In this document: positions 16,587-20,000 of the stretch, in pieces
Layout of the letters: every line of letters begins with the position of its first letter
How positions within the stretch are numbered: position 1 is the stretch's first letter
IMG/VR virus record: IMGVR_UViG_3300033064_004300
DNA length: 20,000 bases
Strand: one strand, 5' to 3'
DNA from: an uncultured virus (IMG/VR IMGVR_UViG_3300033064_004300)
Taxonomy: Duplodnaviria > Heunggongvirae > Uroviricota > Caudoviricetes
The notes under the pieces: generated by a model
What the model was told of the DNA's origin: nothing
Seen by the model: only the letters and a program-made list of their open reading frames with translations
Database searches by the model: none
Made by a program: the position numbers and the translations under genes

Positions 16587-16901
16587 TTATAGCCATGTCA
16601 TTGCTTCCTCGTATAAATGTTTCCCTTCGTCAGTTACAACCAAGATGTTCATTCGCGAATCGTGCGGATGTCTTTCTCTTTTGATCAAGTTCATTCCTCG
16701 TTTATTCTTCTGAGTCTTGTGACTTAGTAGGCAACAATTACGAGATATTGAGCTTGAAGACATATTTAGTTTGTCGGGCAAGTCACTCTGCAGAAGCCCA
16801 TCTTCTGCCTGAGCTATGCTCAGGAACACTAAAAGAGTGTGACATGAGACTTCGCGATTGTTGAACTGAGCAAAAGATTTTAATGCGTTAATCAAATTCA
16901 T
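16587..16901 (-). CDS. MarR-like winged-helix transcriptional regulator
   Basis: LLVFLSIA...GLLQSDL...LNMSSSSISRN...LIKRERHPHDSRMNILVVTDEG matches the MarR wHTH with a DxR wing. Confidence 0.85.
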   Translation of the reverse strand: MNLINALKSFAQFNNREVSCHTLLVFLSIAQAEDGLLQSDLPDKLNMSSSSISRNCCLLSHKTQKNKRGMNLIKRERHPHDSRMNILVVTDEGKHLYEEAMTWL

Positions 16902-16929
16902 GTGTTGTCAGATGCAGGGATGCGTAACA

Positions 16930-17112
16930 TCAATCTATGTAGTCCGTTTCGAAGATAAACATAGTATCTAATTCGTGCCAGATGGCAGTTTCAATACTTG
17001 AGAATAGTGACTCGTCATTTGGAATCGTGCTGTGCTTAAATGCACGAGTGTATCCATTACGAATACCGGTATCTATTGCGTTTTCAAGCACAACACGAGA
17101 TCTGATCTTCAT
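16930..17112 (-). CDS. Small hypothetical phage protein
   Basis: 60-aa ATG ORF in the small-gene cluster. Confidence 0.7.
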   Translation of the reverse strand: MKIRSRVVLENAIDTGIRNGYTRAFKHSTIPNDESLFSSIETAIWHELDTMFIFETDYID

Positions 17113-17177
17113 CTAATTACAGCGTGGGACACGTAAAGTTTAGCTGCTTTCCACAGGATGAGATAACTTCAGTTTGC

Positions 17178-17366
17178 TCATGTGCGGAGTTCTTGGTGAA
17201 AAGGTGTTGTTGGGCCGTAATCGTTCATTAATTCTGGAAAAGCCAGTAATAAACGAAGTTTGTTAGCTGGATCGGCCTGTAATCCCGAAGCACCAATCAA
17301 TTTAAAGAAACTACCGCCATATTCTGCAGCTGCGGCAAAAGTGTAGTGAATGTCAGATTTAGTCAT
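17178..17366 (-). CDS. Small hypothetical phage protein
   Basis: Likely start ATG 17366 (MTKSDIH), overlapping the upstream peptide stop. YGGSFF..I..A...ADP.N..RL..AFPE pattern is of a type common in phage early genes. Confidence 0.7.
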   Translation of the reverse strand: MTKSDIHYTFAAAAEYGGSFFKLIGASGLQADPANKLRLLLAFPELMNDYGPTTPFHQELRT

Positions 17367-17475
17367 GGTAAGCGTGTGGGATGGGGTTTGCATAAGGTGT
17401 TTGTTGTGTTCCAAACTCTGCAACCGTAAGTGCAGTAGTTGTGAACACTATGAGCAAGGCAATGAAGTTGGCCAT
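17359..17475 (-). CDS. 38-aa predicted membrane/signal peptide (below the track cut-off)
   Basis: MANFIALLIVFTTTALTVAEFGTQQTPYANPIPHAYHD*; starts 2 nt after the previous stop and ends in ATGACTAA overlapping the next start. Confidence 0.65.
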   Translation of the reverse strand: MANFIALLIVFTTTALTVAEFGTQQTPYANPIPHAYHD

Positions 17476-17477
17476 AG

Positions 17478-17729
17478 TTAAGAGTGTGCTTCTTTGTGCT
17501 CCCTAAAAGATTTGTGATACAGCTCACGTGCACTTATGACAGGTTCTCCACCATCGTTATCGTACAGATAATGGGGAGTGGGATCCCAATCTATGCAGTC
17601 TTTGAGTGCGTCTATAGCAATCTCAACCGCGCTAATCGCGTGGTAATCGGTGAGCTCAATTGGTTTCTTATCCTCTGTTCTGATGAAGTCTTTCATCTCT
17701 TCTACCCATTTAGCTAGTGGATCTGCCAT
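17478..17729 (-). CDS. Small hypothetical phage protein
   Basis: 83-aa ORF with leader AAATCAAACCA-ATG. Confidence 0.7.
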   Translation of the reverse strand: MADPLAKWVEEMKDFIRTEDKKPIELTDYHAISAVEIAIDALKDCIDWDPTPHYLYDNDGGEPVISARELYHKSFREHKEAHS

Positions 17730-17773
17730 TGGTTTGATTTAGATAGGTTTGTGTGTGTGCCCCATGAGGGCGC

Positions 17774-17995
17774 TCATAAGTTATACAGGGTCACCATGCG
17801 TTTAGGTTGTGTTTGTTGCGCATTGTTACGTACACAGTGCTTAAGCTCGTTACCACCTACCTGCACTGTTTCAATTTTGGTTGTGCAATTGTTTTCAACT
17901 AGTTTATTTAACACGTTTCGGACTGTATCGCAGCTTGCTAAGCCTAGGACTACACCGATAAAAATTGCAGAAAAAGGAGAAATTAATGATGCCAT
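17774..17995 (-). CDS. Small protein with N-terminal hydrophobic helix
   Basis: FSAIFIGVVLGLASC; leader CCTAATCACC-ATG. Confidence 0.7.
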   Translation of the reverse strand: MASLISPFSAIFIGVVLGLASCDTVRNVLNKLVENNCTTKIETVQVGGNELKHCVRNNAQQTQPKRMVTLYNL

Positions 17996-18050
17996 GGTGA
18001 TTAGGTTGAGAAGGTTGTTGATCCGCGTGGTAAGTATGCGCGGCCCACTG

Positions 18051-18263
18051 CTAGTCTTTGTTAGGAAGAGGCTTTAATTCATTAACCTTTTCAGTGCTTC
18101 CACACAGAATCACACCTTTGTAAGCAACAGCTAAACCATCGGCGAAACCGATTAAATAACGGTCTACATCTGACTGATTACTAAATAACTTTAAAAGTGA
18201 GTGACTTAAACGTTCGCCTTTGTCTGTCTTAATAGTAACTGTAACTTTGTACTTGTTTAACAT
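18051..18263 (-). CDS. Small hypothetical protein
   Basis: Likely start ATG 18263 (MLNKYK), just after the stop at 18277 (track start 18332). Confidence 0.6.
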   Translation of the reverse strand: MLNKYKVTVTIKTDKGERLSHSLLKLFSNQSDVDRYLIGFADGLAVAYKGVILCGSTEKVNELKPLPNKD

Positions 18264-18276
18264 TAGGTGAATCCAA

Positions 18277-19029
18277 TTAAGTAGAGGGTTTAGCCACGAA
18301 GTTAGAAGCGCCGGGGCCATGTACCGGCACAAATATATCTGTTTTAGCGCCGTCGCATAAGTTACATGTTATGCACTGCGCTTGGCTATTATCTAGTGTA
18401 GCTGGGCATTGTTTACCACTGAATGCTACAGAGTTCTTCTCAACAACTGCAAAGGTTTTCCAACCATGAGCAGAAGCCTCTATGTAATCCTGTAATCCGT
18501 CACATGATGCCATAAATACACCTTTGCACCACTGAGCGAATGATTCTCGCCACTGGTGAGTGTATCCTGTGTGGGATACACAAAGATCGTTGAAGTATAT
18601 AACTAGTTGAGCGGGCAGCATAGCACCATCGCCATAAGTACCCCAGCGAATCTTACGTGTTTTGAAATACTTAGAGTGTGCATCTGCATTGTACTTAGGG
18701 TAAACGTTGCGCATATATGCATCCCATACTTTATTAGGTGCTTGGCCTACATTTACGTAGCAAGATCTCTTTCTGCGTGGTTTGGTAGTATCTCCAAAAC
18801 CTGAGCCTCGGTGATAACAATTACCACAGATTGATAGATCATCACCGCTTTTAAGTGCGGTGACAGGATTAATATCCTGCCGCAATATGAATGTTTGGAT
18901 CATGTTACCAGTCTTTCTGTTGACTGATTTCATTGTTGCAATACATACGATCGGAGATCCATCGAGAGGAGATAATCCCTCCCACAAAATAAAACCGCGT
19001 GGAGCTTTTGTCTTAATAGTTGATTTCAT
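18277..19029 (-). CDS. Cys-rich phage protein, Gp88-like / radical-SAM-like
   Basis: NRKTG, ICGNC...SCY, IRWGTYGD, GYTHQW, C-terminal CPA...CITCNLC...VHG. Confidence 0.65.
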   Translation of the reverse strand: MKSTIKTKAPRGFILWEGLSPLDGSPIVCIATMKSVNRKTGNMIQTFILRQDINPVTALKSGDDLSICGNCYHRGSGFGDTTKPRRKRSCYVNVGQAPNKVWDAYMRNVYPKYNADAHSKYFKTRKIRWGTYGDGAMLPAQLVIYFNDLCVSHTGYTHQWRESFAQWCKGVFMASCDGLQDYIEASAHGWKTFAVVEKNSVAFSGKQCPATLDNSQAQCITCNLCDGAKTDIFVPVHGPGASNFVAKPST

Positions 19030-19047
19030 TGTGATTAATTGTTTGGA

Positions 19048-19263
19048 TTAAGAACGAACAAGTCTGTAATCGAGAGAGTTGATACACCAACCGCATTCAT
19101 CAGATATTAAGTCTGCAATGCTGGTTTCTTCATCTTCTTCTACAGTCCATTCACTGTAGATGTATCGCTCTTGTAGTGTTTCATTGATACGCTTTACATC
19201 GTATGTAGTAAGATCTTCATCGTCTATGTTGAAATCAATTTGTGTGATCTTGTAGGTTTCCAT
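19048..19263 (-). CDS. Small acidic phage protein
   Basis: 71 aa with 19 D/E vs 6 K/R by hand count; DLISDECGWCI motif. Confidence 0.75.
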   Translation of the reverse strand: METYKITQIDFNIDDEDLTTYDVKRINETLQERYIYSEWTVEEDEETSIADLISDECGWCINSLDYRLVRS

Positions 19264-19337
19264 GTTAGTTAGTGAGTGTTAGATTAGTGTGTGCTTTGGC
19301 CCGCAGTGAGCGGAGCGAGCGAGGATTTAGTGAGGGT

Positions 19338-19442
19338 TTAGTTGTCGTCACCCTCATCTCGAATGTTATCGCTCGCCGCATACAATAAGACAAAGCCAAT
19401 TAGTAACAGGGTTACTAATAAACTGACCATAACAATGATCAT
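19338..19442 (-). CDS. 34-aa single-pass membrane peptide (below the track cut-off)
   Basis: MIIVMVSLLVTLLLIGFVLLYAASDNIRDEGDDN*; starts 2 nt after the stop at 19445. Confidence 0.7.
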   Translation of the reverse strand: MIIVMVSLLVTLLLIGFVLLYAASDNIRDEGDDN

Positions 19443-19444
19443 CC

Positions 19445-19669
19445 TTAAGCTCCAAACATTTCATCATAAAGATCTACATCTTCATGTTGAGTATCTAATA
19501 GGTCGCGCATCTTAACTAACTCATTCTGTTTCATTGCTAAGTTGAGAATTTGGTCGCCTATGTAGTGCAACCTGTTGTTAATCTCGACTCTTGTCAGGTT
19601 GTTGACAGTAGAGAGCTCACATTCATCGCCGTTGATTGTTACAAGTTTGGTGCCGAGAGTGAGCGTCAT
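19445..19669 (-). CDS. Small hypothetical protein
   Basis: 74-aa ORF with leader ACTAATCACC-ATG. Confidence 0.7.
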   Translation of the reverse strand: MTLTLGTKLVTINGDECELSTVNNLTRVEINNRLHYIGDQILNLAMKQNELVKMRDLLDTQHEDVDLYDEMFGA

Positions 19670-19692
19670 GGTGATTAGTTTGTGAAGGTGAA

Positions 19693-19905
19693 TTAGGCGA
19701 ACTTCTTATGCAGCATGGCTGCAATTCTGTCGCAGAAGTGTACATCAATGGCAGCACTAATTGTGGCGCCTTGATTTACAGCCTCAGCTATACGCTCAGC
19801 TTGCCTTAAGTAAATACCTAAAGCAAACGGATTGTATCCACGTTTTGTGGATTGTTTGATATCCCATTGAGTGAGATAGTGATCAAGTTGAGCGTGGAGA
19901 TCCAT
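19693..19905 (-). CDS. Small hypothetical protein
   Basis: 70-aa ORF with leader AATCACACAAACA-ATG. Confidence 0.7.
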   Translation of the reverse strand: MDLHAQLDHYLTQWDIKQSTKRGYNPFALGIYLRQAERIAEAVNQGATISAAIDVHFCDRIAAMLHKKFA

Positions 19906-19928
19906 TGTTTGTGTGATTTTGGTGTGGG

Positions 19929-20000
19929 TTAGTAATACTTTCTGCGCACGTCACGGGATTTATCCCATGCAGGATTGCATGCATCGGCCCCTACTTTATC
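19929..20000 (-). CDS. C-terminal fragment of an ORF entering from the right edge
   Basis: ...DKVGADACNPAWDKSRDVRRKYY*, open from 20000 to TAA at 19929. Confidence 0.4.
   Translation of the reverse strand, partial: DKVGADACNPAWDKSRDVRRKYY

Noticed and set aside
17140..17181. 13-codon ORF starting at an ATGA overlap
   Set aside because: Too short to support as a gene.
2816..19051. Remaining plus-strand track ORFs (e.g. 2816-3091, 9542-9916, 12431-12814, 17751-18077)
   Set aside because: They lie largely antisense to well-supported minus-strand genes and have no recognisable motifs.

Overview
Gene-dense window with every credible CDS on the minus strand. It reads as part of a dsDNA phage genome or phage-derived element. 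The A/C-rich, Shine-Dalgarno-free leaders and the small-gene types suggest a cyanobacterial host (inference). In transcription order (right to left) there are three blocks. (1) An early-type cluster of small ORFs, including two short membrane peptides missed by the ORF track, a Cys-rich radical-SAM/Gp88-like protein and a MarR-like winged helix. (2) A sigma70-type promoter driving a coupled operon: coiled-coil protein, 403-aa helical protein (possibly DUF3150-like), small ORF, RavA/MoxR-type AAA+ ATPase and ViaA-like VWA protein. (3) A replication/recombination module: family A DNA polymerase without 5'-3' exonuclease, tandem double-OB SSB, unknown 277-aa partner, PD-(D/E)XK exonuclease and a >843-aa primase-SF3 helicase fusion that runs off the left edge and is absent from the ORF track. 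The most unusual points are two apparent pseudo-enzymes kept intact in the replication module (an N6-MTase homolog lacking NPPF, and an HNH-HTH protein lacking the catalytic His), a terminator whose U-tract directly abuts the polymerase ATG, a shared C-terminal LDF motif, and a repeat protein inserted among replication genes. All family calls come from motif recognition by eye; no searches were run.
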